DNA of 64,000 bases from Eledone cirrhosa. Lineage: Eukaryota. Where the stretch lies: assembly GCA_964016885.1 (NCBI GenBank), contig OZ024740.1:49166001-49230000 (forward strand), in the 5' to 3' direction. Below the pieces are notes generated by a model. It ran no database searches, was not told the DNA's origin, and was given only the letters and a program-made list of their open reading frames with translations. How positions within the stretch are numbered: position 1 is the stretch's first letter; the number at the start of each line of letters is the position of its first letter. A program made the position numbers and the translations under genes. Positions 1 to 13,445 of the stretch are shown here, in pieces.

Positions 1-131
1 TAATAAATTGAAGTGAAAGCAACTGGTGCGTGTGTTTCTTATTGGCAACATGACCCTCCCAAAGTATAACAATATCGGTTTCAACACACGATTTCAGATA
101 AAGAATCTTGCTAAACAAATTCAGAAACGAA

Positions 132-162
<31 letters not shown>

Positions 163-303
163 TAGAGAGATATACACCCACATATTTAGACAAAGAAAAA
201 CCCCATACACGACATATACACACAGTCTCGTTCTCACGTCTACATTTTTCATTTGCTCCCTTCTCTCTTCATCCTCCCATATATATATATATATATATAT
301 ATG

Positions 304-408
304 TTCGAGGTTAACTTTGCCTTTCATCCTTACGGGATCGATAAAATAAAGTACCAGTAATGCACTGGATATTGCTGGCCTTGTGCCAAACGTAGAAACA
401 ATTATATT
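304..408 (+). mobile_element. 5'-truncated copy of the dominant tRNA-derived SINE
   Basis: Core GAGGTTAACTTTGCCTTTCATCCTTACGGGATCGATAAAATAAAGTACCAGTAATGCACTGG and tail GGCCTTGTGCCAAACGTAGAAACAAT, shared with more than 15 copies in the window. Confidence 0.85.
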
Positions 409-544
409 ATACATACATACATATCTACCTGGTTGATGTGTAAATTCCAATCAGAGAGTCTTATATCTATGTTAGAAACCGACTCTCTCTCTCTATTGGT
501 AAACATTTATAAAACCAGAACATACATACATACATACAAACAAA

Positions 545-804
545 CAACACCGGAAACTTCCACATCAACAGTAACATAGACGGCCTCTACTTGAAACGTA
601 AGCAGGGAGGCAGAGGCCTAATATCGATCCAGACAGCATTTGAGCGTCGCATCATATCTCTCCGACAATATTTACAAACCTTCAAGCGAAGGAGCCTATC
701 TATTGAGCAAGTCTGTCTGTCTGAGACAGATAAGATTAAAAAAAGAGTTGGGAAGGAACTTCTTGAAATACACTCCCTGCATGATAATCTTTTGTCTGGT
801 AAGC
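545..804 (+). pseudogene. Fragment of an R4/Dong-like non-LTR retrotransposon (post-RT region)
   Basis: Translates NFHINSNIDGLYLKRKQGGRGLISIQ, matching the H..S...RLY..R..GGRGL motif of RLE-type LINEs. Cut off by a MITE at 813. A more decayed copy lies at about 58370-58450. Confidence 0.65.
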
Positions 805-812
805 TTTTAGAC

Positions 813-1242
813 CAGAGCTTCTCACCCCCCCCCCCCCCCGGCCATGTAATACCCTCAGCGCCCCCATCCCTATTTCCAGACAGACCTACCTACACGCAAC
901 TTATAAATAATATATAATAAATAAAATCCTTAATTTATATATAATGATTTCTAGTATAGGCCTAGATATATAATGATTTCTAGTATAGTACAAGGCCAGT
1001 AATTTGGAGAAGGGGGGGGGGGGAGTCGATTAAATCGACTCCAGTACATTACTGGTGCTTTATTTTATCGACCTCATGTATAAATAAATATTATATATTT
1101 TTTAATTTACTATATTTATATGTAATATGTATCATTTTATATTTAATATACTATTATATCTCTACTACCCCTTAGGCCCCAGTACCCCCTGAACCTTCTC
1201 AATGCCCCCAGGTGGTGGTAGTGCCCACTTTGAGAACTTCTG
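813..1242. mobile_element. hAT (Charlie-like) MITE containing a SINE fragment (about 940-1075, minus)
   Basis: Imperfect TIRs CAGAGCTTCTCA / TGAGAACTTCTG; perfect 8-bp TSD TTTTAGAC at 805-812 and 1243-1250. Confidence 0.8.
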
Positions 1243-2027
1243 TTTTAGACAGTTTGAAATAAATGCGAACAAAAATAAATATGAACATATAAATGGCATA
1301 AATAGTTCAGTGAGTGGTAATATATTTAACGTAATAAGGGGAAAAAATCAATTAATTACATCTTCGTTCCTTTGTCTTGATCAGATTTGCTTAACATTAG
1401 TCTCTCAGTACGTTACACCTCCTTACTGCAACAGTAATTTTAATTAATTGAAATGTTTTTGTGAGCATTCACTCAACTATTGTGTTTTGTGCACAAGGGG
1501 TGTCTAGGTAATTTTAGTTGGGGATTATTGGAACGGCGTATCAAATGGAATTTTTGTTTGGTAAAGTATTACACCGCACGCTTTAAAAGATAACAGCTCA
1601 AGGACGGTGAATTAGCAGAATTGTTAAAGAGTGGATCGTAATGCTTTGCGATATCTAATCTCACTCTGTGCGTTTTGAGTTCAAATCCCGCCTCTTACTG
1701 CCAGGAGTAGCGACCAGTATCAATAGTAGAAACATGTTTCCTTAGTCCGATCTGACGACCAAATCCGTTTTTTTTAAAAATATAAAACAACGAATTGTGG
1801 GAAAAACTCCTACTTGTCATTGACGAGATGAATGAACTGTTAAATTCATCAACCGTTCATCCACCACGACAGTCTGATATAGGTGGTTCTTCCCTATGAC
1901 ACCATATCGCTTCTATGACTCCATATTCAAATAAATAAAAAAATTATCGGCTGAATACATATGGCTGAATACAATAAATGTAATCTGGCTGAATACAATA
2001 AATGTAATCTGAGATTATCGAATATTA

Positions 2028-2178
2028 AGGGCGGCGGATTGGCAGTATCGGTAGAGGGTCGGACACCATGCTTTGCAGCATAGAGTTACGGCCCTTTATG
2101 ATCTGAGTTCAAATCCCGCCGAGGTTTACCTTTCATCCTTACGGGGTCGATAAAATAAAGTACCAGTAATGCACTGGA
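2028..2178 (+). mobile_element. tRNA-derived SINE
   Basis: A-box-like TGGCAGTATCGG, B-box GAGTTCAAATCC, conserved core TTCATCCTTACGGGGTCGATAAAATAAAGTACC. Confidence 0.85.
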
Positions 2179-2203
2179 ATAATTCTAGCAATTATTCCGG
2201 TGT

Positions 2204-2336
2204 ATTTTATCGACCCCGTAAGGATGAAGGCAAAGTTAACCTCGGCGGGATTTGAACTCAGACTATAAAGGACCGTAACTCTTTGTTGCAAAGCATGGCG
2301 TCCGACCCTCTACCGATACTGCCAATCCATCGCCCT
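2204..2336 (-). mobile_element. tRNA-derived SINE, inverted relative to 2028-2178
   Basis: Reverse complement of the same head and core. Confidence 0.85.
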
Positions 2337-2669
2337 TGTAGAAACAATTAATAATAATATTCAATTCGTTTGCAATTATGCAAACAGCCTCTTTTTAAAG
2401 CTATGTCAGTAGAATGAGCCCTCATTCTTGCTCTTGTGTTGGCATGTAAACAGAACTTCACCCCAGCCGGCCATTAATCGCCCATATACAGGAAACTGAC
2501 TGGCCTGTCTGCTGATATGCAAATCTGGCTGATCAGTGGATCACACTTATATATATATATATATATATATAGGAACGATTGACTTTCGTCAAATCGGACT
2601 GAGGAAACAATGTTTCCATTGGTCTTTCCCATTGGTAATACTCTCTATTGGTCGCAACTCCATGTAGAA

Positions 2670-2777
2670 GGAGCAACGTGAAATAAAGTGTCTTTCTCAA
2701 GGACATAACGCATCGCCCGGTCCGGGAATCGAACTCATAACCTCACGATTGTGAATCCAATTCTCTAACCACTCAGC

Positions 2778-2780
<3 letters not shown>
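2670..2780 (-). mobile_element. CORE-type tRNA SINE fragment (second SINE family)
   Basis: The plus strand shows AAGTGTCTTTCTCAAGGACATAAC (CORE-like), GGGAATCGAACTC (reverse B-box) and CTAACCACTCAGCCAC (reverse A-box). Confidence 0.6.
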
Positions 2781-2810
<30 letters not shown>

Positions 2811-2867
2811 TTATTAAAATAACAGATTAAAGTTTAAGCAAAGAATCGCTGCTTTCACCCTTATTAT

Positions 2868-2997
<130 letters not shown>

Positions 2998-3144
2998 ATA
3001 ATAATAAATTTGAAGACTAAAATCCAAAGAGGGCTCGATAAGGATAAATATATATCAAATATATAAGAACCGTAGAGCAAATATTTATTAAAATAACTGA
3101 AAGCAGCGATTCTTTGCTTAAACTTTAATCTGTTATTTTAATAA

Positions 3145-3200
<56 letters not shown>

Positions 3201-3202
<2 letters not shown>

Positions 3203-3915
3203 TAAATCATGTCCTTAGAATTATTAGATAAAATATATATCATTTCCTCTCCCAATTAGCATAATTAACCATATAAAAAATCAATTAGACCAGGCTATAA
3301 GAATAAAGGCTCCTATGAAGAAATATTTGATAAATAACCGAAAGCGGCCTCTTCGCGGTGACCCCAATAGAGTATTTATCCAACATTTCAACAGCATGTA
3401 GAAACTGACTAAATATACCGTCAACCATACACAATTAGGTGTAAATTTAAACTTAGAAGAAACGTGTACATACCGTAATTACATCTCTACCATGGTTTCG
3501 TCCGTATTTTTAGATATCCTACTGTTAAGGATGAACCTAGAGTAACAGACTCATCAGGAGACAAACTCAGTTGGACAGTTAATTTTCCAAAGCGATCGCG
3601 CCAAAAATAGATTAAAAAATGGCTAAGAATCGTGACGTGGCAGTGGTCAAGTTAGAAAGAATGTGATTAGTTGCTTACGGCGGGTAGGCTGGTTGCTAGA
3701 AAGTGCAGCCCAATATCGCTCAATTGCATCTCAACCCATAAAGTCACAGATATATATGTGGCAACAGGTCACATTGTGGCTCAATGAAGAATTAATAAAT
3801 TAAATAATCAGAGCAATATATCATAAATCATGTCCTTAGAATTATTAGATAAAATATATACCATTTCCTCTCCCAATTAGCATAATTAACCACATATATA
3901 TCTGTGACTTTATGT
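3201..3915 (-). mobile_element. Non-coding PLE pseudo-LTR-like element between (TA)n tracts; homolog at about 33125-33790
   Basis: 3201-3271 is repeated directly at 3822-3892. A short inverted copy of about 3740-3760 lies at about 3890-3911. It contains an HHR and is flanked on both sides by (TA)n. Confidence 0.7.
3482..3563 (-). ncRNA. Type I minimal hammerhead ribozyme
   Basis: UGUCUC-CUGAUGA-GUCUGU..ACGGAC-GAAAC-CAUG-GUA-GAGAUG. Helix I 6 bp, helix II region 51 nt, palindromic CAUG loop on a 2-bp helix III. Confidence 0.9.
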
Positions 3916-3925
3916 ATATGTAAAT

Positions 3926-3984
<59 letters not shown>

Positions 3985-3987
<3 letters not shown>

Positions 3988-4200
3988 GGCGGTTTGCAAG
4001 CAAATTCGGCCTACTTATATGAAATGATGAGTTAGCAAAGCACTCGATAAGGTAGGTCCTTAGAGTAATAACATACGTTTAAATAGCTTGACAAATCGAA
4101 CATTGTGGTAGGCAAAATATAACACACAATAACATACCAAAGTAATGATAGAACTAACAGGTTGAGAAAAATACACCTGGACAAATCAAACGATTATACG
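3985..4200. repeat. Dispersed (TA)n-adjacent repeat family (probable PLE terminal repeat); copies at about 42430-42560 and 51405-51605
   Basis: GAGTTAGCAAAGCACTCGATAAGGTAGGTCCTTAGAGTAATAACATACGTTTAAATAGCTTGACAAAT is nearly identical at about 51470-51540. Confidence 0.65.
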
Positions 4201-5558
4201 TTTAAAGTGTTTCTTTGAATCCGAAATCAAATATCAGACTTACGTGACTGGCAAGCTCGTGGTATTCATGATCGAACAGAGGATTCAGTTTTCAACAGGT
4301 TTTCGTTCTACCCAGGACGGGTTGATAGGCTAAATGTTGCCGCTAGATGCAGCGTATCGTATCTATAGCTGTCACGTGTTAATTCCAGCAAGGGAAATAA
4401 CCCCCGGTTTTTGGCGGGTCATTCAAAATGTTAGACAAAGGAAATATTTTAATTTCCGCTAATCATCATGATAAGCTCTCGATTAGATGTTATAAAACAA
4501 ACACAAATAATTAACCGATCAACAGAATTGTCTAATTAAATTAATTAGTTAATTATTAAATCTAGGAGAATATATATATATATAAGTGAAGAGCACATAG
4601 ATCTACTCCGAGCACATAGATCTACACCACCAGATTTTGAAAGCAGAACTTGGATAGACAGAAGTAAGTAATGTTCAGCTTTAGGTTCTACCGTTTCTAC
4701 CAAACCATTGATCTTTAGGGGAAAATATAATCTTGAAGTGTTGATTATGATAGCATAAGAATCTCGCGTTTTCTCTTCCCTAAGACAATGTTGGACAATA
4801 AACAAAATGAATCAGTTTTATGAACCATACAATCTTTTGTAGAAGCACGTAGAAGGCGTGTGTACATAAATATTTCAGACACAATGCAAACCTTATAAGT
4901 AGAAATCCTAATATATCGTTCATTTCAAAGACTACAGGTTTACAACTAAGCTTGAATTAATCGTTTTGATTGTTTCAATAAAACTGATTTCTGCTATGAT
5001 CTGTTTAAAGACATGATGCATTGCCTTTCGTTATGCGTTGAAAATATAAAACGAAACAAATATAAAAGTGTGCAAATATACACATACACTTATATTTACA
5101 CACAGACAGCGCATTACAGACTTTCTACGCTATTGATTAAGCCAATATGTAAACCAATGGCATTGAATACTAACAAGGATTCTTATGATAAATCCCAAAT
5201 TTAAAACAAGATGCTAGATGTTTGTTCGCTATTATTTCAGTTTAATGTACGCCGAGCTCTTGGAATCAAAACAATGGAAGAGATTATTGATTGCTAGGCA
5301 AACAGCTTCTGTGAAACGAATGGTCTGTTTTTATAAGGAGAATTCACTGTAATTTTCATGAGTATATCAATCATTTTATGTCCTGAAGTAATGAAGTATG
5401 CGACAAAGAAATTAAAGCCAATCTGACAATAATTTTTGTTGTGGAGCATGTAGAGTCGAAACCATTAAAATCCGAGGGAATAATTGTTAGAGATACACCG
5501 AAGAGTTTAAAGTTTATTAGACTCCCCCCAATACCCTCACTAAAAAAGAACAGTTATC

Positions 5559-5789
5559 TATCTATATATTACTAAAATTCTGTGATTGCTTGCTTGTCTG
5601 TAATGTAACACAGCCAGAAGGGCGCATAGTGGGAAAATACTTTGAAAGGACGCTGAAATGGGTATACAATTGGAATAAAACAAGTTTCGCATAAATCGGA
5701 CCACGGGTTCCCGAGATATGGGGTTTTCTGTGTAACTTCATAAACAGAGAGAGCGACGGATAGAGAGAAAGAGAGAGAGAGAGAAAGAG

Positions 5790-5849
<60 letters not shown>

Positions 5850-6225
5850 TAGAGAGAAAGAGATAGTGGTTGTGAGAGAGTAGATTGAAAGAGAGACATA
5901 GAGAGAGGGAGAAGAGACAGAGAAGGAGAATGGAAGAGAGAGAGAGAGAGAGAGAGATGGTGGTGTTGTGTATATGTGAGTGTGTGTGTGTATACATATA
6001 TGTGTGTGTATGTCTATGACCAGTGTATATAGATCACAAACACCCACACACACATATATATATACACACACACACAAATATATATATATATGGACCTTCG
6101 AGTTTCATTTCACATTATATACATGTCTGTATATTTTGATTATTTAGAAATTATTTTTAAGTGAAGATGATTTAAAAAAAATATTTTGAAGTGAACGTGA
6201 CCCAACGGGTCACGGGTAGTCCAGT
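5559..6225 (+). mobile_element. Non-autonomous Helitron with internal (GA)n/(CA)n
   Basis: 5' TCTATATATTACTAAAA start; 3' hairpin CGTGACCC-AAC-GGGTCACG followed by a CTAG-like CCAG and T. Confidence 0.55.
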
Positions 6226-7750
6226 ATTGATTAAAATTCAGAGTAGCTGTGCTGGAAACGTATACGGTTTACAACCCTCCCTACAGAATATTTTTTTGAT
6301 TTTAACTCTTTTAACGGGTATATATGAACCCATCCTTAAACTCTGGACAATAACACCAATTGAAGTAAGTTCCTGCTACCTTATCTGTTCACATATCATA
6401 TTTACAATTTAAATTCTAAAACTTACATTATTCCTGGCAATAGTTTTTGCTTCATTTCCGCCGAGAACATCTTCAAAGATGAATAATTGAAGAACAAGTG
6501 ATAGAATAAATGTTCAAATATTGAATAATTAAACATTCAAGAAGCAACTAAATTAATAATCCGTTGGTCAAATGCAGAGGAAAGGAAGATAAACAAATAC
6601 CGGGGATTGTTCGGTCTCTTCCTCTTTGCACCGGTCGCTGTCGAGACCTCAGGCGTACTTGGACCCCGTAGTACCGAACTCCTCAACTAATTTAAAGGAA
6701 TTATAAGAAGAAACAATTCTTTATGGGCAAAACCAATCGACTAGAGACCAAGCGGTAGACCCCGAGCAAGATGGTTGAATAACATCCACGAGTTTGGATG
6801 GTCACGCTTGGGGATCCAGCCGGATTAGTTGGAGTCGGTTGCTTCTGACAGGACTCGCTGGAATGAATGTTTGAGGACTCTGCCTCCAAGACCCTTTCAG
6901 GAATGAGTGAGCGTAGAAGAAGAAGAATTCTTTATCAACGAGGGAGGGATTGTTTTTATATGTCCCTTATCTTTCACTTCTGATTTATTCACATCTGTTT
7001 AGTTCTTGTCAGAAGTATTTTGAAGGGTGGTGGATTGGCAGAGTTGCTAACACATCGGTCAAATCCTTTGCTGGGATTTTCCCAGGTGTTTTTTTTTACG
7101 CTCTGAATTCAAATCTTGCCAGAGGTCAACCATTTATTTTTCATTAATTTCTTTCCAAGATAATCATTTTCATAATCAGTTTGCAAAACTACGTTTGTGT
7201 AGACATTTATTAAAAAAAATGTATATCCTCTTTTCGTCAAACAGAAAAGATTTTAAAAGAATATTACTCATATTACTCATAATAATGTTTTAGTTTTATG
7301 ATGACTAAAGTATATTTTTATACTTTGTCTATTTCACAGAAATTAAAGAAGTACATTAAACCTGCAAGGATTTGAATTTAGAAATATGATGTATTAAACA
7401 GATTTCAAAACGTATCTCCACCGGATCTCTCTAACTGTTGAGTTGATACTAATTCTAGAATTACAGTTTTTTATGCACAATCACAACTAAGAGTGCTAAT
7501 AACTTTGTTAAATTATAATGTCCTCAACACACACACACATACATATATACATATATATATATAAGATCTGTGATTATAGTGTAGTACTTCACTATTTTCT
7601 TTGATAAGATAAGAGAAGCTCAATGTACATTACCGTCCTCAGTTTCTCGGGAGTACAAACAGGACGATTAAAAGGCGGTTCGGGTAGCAGAGCATTTATA
7701 ATTCTAAATTATAAAACAGTCAAGGATATGAAATTATTATTTATTCTTCC

Positions 7751-7872
7751 ATTTCTACGCACGTTTCAATACGGATAAAATGTCACGTCTATTTGCAGAA
7801 CAACTGTAAATTATCAGTTAACAATTATCTAGATCAGGGGTATTACATCTTAACCGTATATCTTCAGGAAAT
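7751..7872 (-). ncRNA. Type I hammerhead ribozyme with a 93-nt helix II region
   Basis: AUUUC-CUGAAGA-U-AUACGG..CCGUAU-U-GAAAC-GUGC-GUA-GAAAU. Confidence 0.8.
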
Positions 7873-8065
7873 CTCATTCAGAATAAAAATAACAAAACGA
7901 GGTTTAACCTCGCAATGTTTCAAGAATCAAACAAGGCAATATCAAGATATCAAATGTATACAACATTAAAGAAGATAATAAGATTAATATGCATGTTATA
8001 CAGAAGAAATTTTTTAATAAAAAAAGCATGTAAGGTTATATGTTTACTTGTGCTTTTTCAAAAAA

Positions 8066-8872
8066 TGTGTTAGATTGCGGTAAATGAGTTATGGTGTGCG
8101 AGAGTACGACGCCTCCCTGGCGAGAATGGGCTGGACCACTACCTATAAATAGGAGCGGCCTGAGTAAGTGGGCAAGTTGGTATTAGTTCCACAGCTCGTG
8201 TGTTGGTACTAATTCCACAGTTCGTGTGTTGGTACTAATTCCACAGTTCGTGTGTTGGTACTAGTTCCACAGTTCGTGTGTTGATACTAATTCCACAGCT
8301 CGTGTGTTGGTACTAATTCCACAGTTCGTGTGTTGGTACTAATTCCACAGTTCGTGTGTTGGTACTAATTCCACAGTTCGTGTGTTGGTACTAGTTCCAC
8401 AGTTCGTGTGTTGGTACTAATTCCACAGTTCGTGTGTTGGTACTAATTCCACAGTTCGTGTGTTGGTACTAATTCCACAGTTCGTGTGTTGGTACTAATT
8501 CCACAGTTCGTGTGTTGGTACTAATTCCACAGTTCGTGTGTTGGTACTAGTTCCACAGTTCGTGTGTTGGTACTAATTCCACAGTTCGTGTGTTGGTACT
8601 AATTCCACAGTTCGTGTGTTGGTACTAGTTCCACAGTTCGTGTGTTGGTACTAATTCCACAGTTCGTGTGTTGGTACTAGTTCCACAGTTCGTGTGTTGG
8701 TACTAATTCCACAGTTCGTGTGTTGGTACTAGTTCCACAGTTCGTGTGTTGATAGTCAAAGTTGGAGTTCAAGTTCACAGTTCGAGTTAGCGTGTTGGAT
8801 TGTTGGTTCTTAAAAGATTGTTGTTCCGTTACGTGTGGTTATTGCCGTTGTTTCAATTATATTATTATTACA
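8066..8872 (+). mobile_element. Possible solo LTR carrying the minisatellite
   Basis: TGT start, CTATAAATAG TATA box at about 8143, ends ...TTATTACA. No TSD found. Confidence 0.35.
8184..8753. repeat. 26-bp minisatellite, about 22 units
   Basis: Unit ACTA(A/G)TTCCACAGTTCGTGTGTTGGT in tandem with period 26 and no spacers. Confidence 0.95.
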
Positions 8873-9471
8873 CTGTTGCAGTATCTTCGTTTATCCATAA
8901 GGACACAACAGGTTAATCTATGGTTTATTTATCTAGAGGGTTATTGACACTTTCCTTTATAAAAGTGGGATTGTTTGTTAATTCAGTTATAAGAAAAGTA
9001 TTTGGCAGTTATATTTAGTTAGATAAATATATATATATAAATATATAATAAAATATATAATAAAAGACATGTATGGTATTATGTGGTGTCTTTGGACATA
9101 TAAACTCGCATATCCAATGAGATGTCGAGGAAGAGTCAGGCCCCGGTCATCATGATTGTACCCTGATCGATATTGAAACGATTGCAATATGCCAACAAAG
9201 TTTATATATATGCTGCAACAGAATATATGTATTGACTGGCAAATATATATATGTATATATATATACATATATATATATAAAAGGAAGGAATTGTGGTAGG
9301 GAACCAGATGGACCATAACGCACCAAAGTACTCAATACTTAGTGTAGTAGAGTGGGTAATAGGAACAAGTATGACCCCGACGGCAGAGTTCAAGCCATTT
9401 TGACGGCTATTTCTGGACTCAAATAGCCGTGGAAACGGGTTGAGCTCTGCCGTCGGGGTCATACTTGTTCG

Positions 9472-9503
<32 letters not shown>

Positions 9504-9974
9504 AATAGAATGCTTTAGTGAAAGCAATTTATACGAAGCGAGAACCTAAATGGGAATAAATCTCACACCTTCTTTGTTGACACCTTGGTGTAATTAGCAC
9601 AGTATCATAAACATTTTGTGAAATATCAGTCTTTCTTACCACCTCTATCCATTATACAATAAATCTAATCGTTTAAAATTCTCATTACGCATATTACATA
9701 ATTTATGTATTTATTTTGATTCTGTTTTTCAATGTTATAGCAAACTTAATCACGCAGTCTTTACTTCGTTATTTTGACACAGAAAGCAATTTGTACAGGA
9801 CAGTATTAAAGATTCCCAAAGACGTTTATACTTTCTGTAATTTCACCAACTGAATTTTATACTTTATTTTCGTTTTAAGGATGGTTAAATTATGATTGAA
9901 AAGTACATTATTTATATTTTTAAAAGAATGTTTTATGTTGTTAAGCTACAGATTGTCCTTTATTATTTTTCCCA

Positions 9975-10166
9975 GGCGGTGGATTGGCAGTATCGGTAAA
10001 GGGTCGGACGCCATGCTTTGCAGAAAAGAGTTACGGCCCTTTATGGTCTGAGTTCAAATCCCGCCGAGGTTAACTTTGCCTTTCATCCTTACGGGGTCGA
10101 TAGAATAAAGTACCAGTAATACACTGGGTTAATTACTGGCCTTGTACCAAAAATAGAAACAATTAT
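9975..10166 (+). mobile_element. Full-length tRNA-derived SINE
   Basis: GGCGGTGGATTGGCAGTATCGG head, B-box, core and tail ending TAGAAACAATTATT. Confidence 0.9.
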
Positions 10167-10169
10167 TTT

Positions 10170-10540
10170 CCCCAGACACAGTGCATCCAGTGTCAAATTA
10201 TTCAATGCGTCATTGGCTAGGAAGGTGGGATTAGAGAAAGATCTGCTTGTTGTTTTCAGCAGGTGGGGCGACTGCATAGTGGCTCTCTGGTTGTCTCGAG
10301 ATATATTATAGTTAAAGAGGACAAACTGTTGAATTATCGGCCGCAATCTGATATGTTTATGGTCGAGCCTGTAGCAGTGGGGACTTCCACTGTTTTTAGT
10401 CCGCAGACCACATCCTTACTCGCCGCAAGAGCGAGCCCTGCGCGTTGGAGTGATAGCTCCAACACGTCTCCTCGTCATCCTCGGACTAATGTCTTCTCCA
10501 TTCTGTCCGCTGCGACCACGAGGAGGACTAACCTTTAAAC
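10170..10540 (+). pseudogene. Decayed 3' fragment of a CRE-like RLE non-LTR retrotransposon
   Basis: YRPQSDMFMVEPVAVGTS..NVFSILSA, homologous to 39704-40075. Confidence 0.6.
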
Positions 10541-11089
10541 TGTGAGGAATTACTCTGACTGCGTGTGTCTATTTATAAGTGCGTAGAGGATGGTGTTATT
10601 TATAGCCTTAAACAGTACAGAAACCTCAAAATAACATCTATCGTTGTCTTATCAAGTGTGTGTGTGCGTTGATGTTTTCTCTCTTTCACTCACTGCTTCC
10701 GTCTCTCTCGCCCTCATCTCTCTCTATTATATGCAAATGGGAGCCCACGCGCTGGCCGCCCCGTGGTCCCTATCGACAAATCAAGACAAGCGCACACATA
10801 TTTCAACAATTCTTGTTAATTTTCTTATTCTAATTATAGATCGGTGTTGATCTGAGGTTAAACAATAACAGCCGCTGTTAATTAGCAGGAACTCTAACAT
10901 AGAATATTTATTATCATGGTTGTTTGCAAATAACGTAAATGTCTGATTTCTGAACATACTACAGGAGTCACCGAGCCGTTGGTGCTACCTCTACCCCAAC
11001 GTTTAATATATATAAATAATAACGAGATATAATGTAAACAAATATTTCGACTTTCTAATTTTAAATATAAAATTACCTTCTTCTTTGCC

Positions 11090-11450
11090 CACTTATTTCT
11101 GAGAGGGTCGTAGGGGCAGAGTCCTCAAACACTCCTTCCAGCGGGTCTTGTCAGAAGCAACCATCTCCAACTGACCCAGCTGGATCCCCAAGCGTGTCCA
11201 GCGAAGTTCATGGATGTTATCCAACCATCTTGCTCGAGGTCTATCTCTGGGTCTCTTGCCAAATTGATTTTGACCGTAAAATCTCCCCAGCAATTCTTTC
11301 CTAAAACATTCTAACAACATTCCCATAGTACCGGAGCTGTGATCTCTCAATTCGGTGAAGGAGCGGCTCTACCTGGAGTGATTTTATGATCTCCGAGCTA
11401 CGCACTCTATCGAGTAACGTTACTCCGAAGACCCTTTTCCAGCAAAATCT
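11090..11450 (-). pseudogene. 3' fragment of an RTE-clade (Rex3/Expander-like) LINE
   Basis: GKRPRDRPRARWLDNI...LGIQLGQLEMVASDKTRWKECLRTLPLRP, the RTE C-terminal signature. Confidence 0.75.
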
Positions 11451-12638
11451 TGCAGCAGCTAACAGATAAAGTTAGAACCAGAAGAGATCAAGAATGAGAA
11501 ATCACGTCTATTAAAAAAAAAATGTTTTGAGTTGAAATATTATCGTATTTCGTTCAAATAAAAATATTTGAATTAAAAAATATTACTCTCATTTTTACTT
11601 TTTTCGTCTTTATAATGTCTGCCAATTTTTGATAGTTTTTATTAGCCCCTCTCCACATAAAAACAATTCCGTGGACGCACCGTATATACAAGAATGATAT
11701 GCTTATTTCATGTGTGCCATTCACAATCAGGATAAACTATTGACGCCATAAGTAGCTTGAATTGTGTTATGAACCTTAGTAAGTGGTTTTCAACTATAAC
11801 ATTGCTTTTTTTAAAAATCTCTCTAAAGGTTAATTATTTTATTTCAAAATATTCAAACATATTCCCCAGATAAAATTACCTAAAAATAATAAAGAATTTA
11901 ATATTTATAGGTTGCTGTTCTTCTGGTTTGGAAAGCACAAACACATATAGCATGGACTGTAATTTTTGAGCAACCAGTATAGAGAAACATGCACATAAAG
12001 AATTTACATTCTGCTATTTGACTGGTGTCATTTTGCATTTACAGATTTCTTTTTTTTTTACAGATTTCTTTTTTTTTTTCCATGAAATGATTGGTTATAT
12101 AACTGAGACAAGCAAGCTGAAAGATTTTATCAAAATATTAATCTTATAGAACAAAGGTTCTCAACCCATTTCGGCCACACGCCCCCTTTTGCCCCTCGAA
12201 ATCACGAAACGAACCCTACCCTACTTTTACATTTTTCAATATACTACTGATTTTGATATCAGTAGATTATTGAGCCAAATCAAGTTATGTTAGAATCTTT
12301 AAAAAATACTCGTACACATTAAATACAAAAAAGTTTCTAAAACAAAAGCAAGCTATTTCAAATTATATATTTTTGAAAAAAAAAAAAGATTTGATCTCAG
12401 TCGAAAAAGCTTTTTTTTTTTTAAATTCTATATTTCACTGTTAGCTGTTGTAATATTTTGAGTGGATTGACAATTCTACAATTCAAGCTGTAAAGTCAAA
12501 ATACAAAAGATGCAAAATATGACTCAGGGGAAAAATAGTACCTTGCAAAATAAAATACCTCGTAGCAAAATAAAATACTTAGTAGCAACGAATGAATTGA
12601 GAAGCTTGGAGACAGTGAGAAAGCCATATCTGTATCCC

Positions 12639-12711
<73 letters not shown>

Positions 12712-12780
12712 TGTGTGTGTGTGCCTTGGTTTTGGTACAGAAAGAATTTTGCCTCCAAATATTTTGCGCCAAATAACAAC

Positions 12781-12847
<67 letters not shown>

Positions 12848-13445
12848 GAAGAGAGAAAGAGGGAGGGACAGAGAGAGTAAGAAATGTGTGTGTTTGGTAC
12901 ACATCTATCTATCTATCTGGCACCTCGAGTGCCTACAGGCGCTCACAGCCCTCTACCAAGCGGAAACGGCAATCAGCGGAGACTCCACTTCGACATTCTA
13001 TAGGGGATTAGTGGAGGATAAGTGCGACGACGTTCTCGTGGAAACTCTAGGCATCGAGGAGGTCGAACTGACCAGTCTGTTCGGGAGGACTTTCCGTCCA
13101 GGGCCTATGGATAACTTCCAGAGGTCTCTGGCCTGGCAGTGCTACCGAGGAGCTCTACCGAGGAGCTCTACCAGTTCGAGACAAAATCTACAGGCACGGA
13201 CGCCCTGGCAGAGATGCTGCCAAAAGAACCTGTCCAAGATGCCAGCAGGACATCGAAACCGTTCTGCACGCAATTGTTCAGTGCCCAGGGGTGACCGACC
13301 TGTGGAATTATGTCGAACAGCTGCTGTCACGTGTGGGACGCATCCAGTTGTCAACCGAGTTCATCGTGAGGATCACCCCGCCGCCTTCATTTAAGAACGA
13401 AGGAGAGGCAGTTTTCCTCTGTCTGATGACTATGGCGAATGAGGT

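Noticed and set aside
2028-2120. tRNA genes suggested by A/B boxes
   Set aside because: They are always fused to the same SINE core and tail, and I could not fold a complete cloverleaf
8184-8753. CRISPR array
   Set aside because: The units are contiguous tandem copies with no unique spacers, there are no cas genes, and the context is eukaryotic
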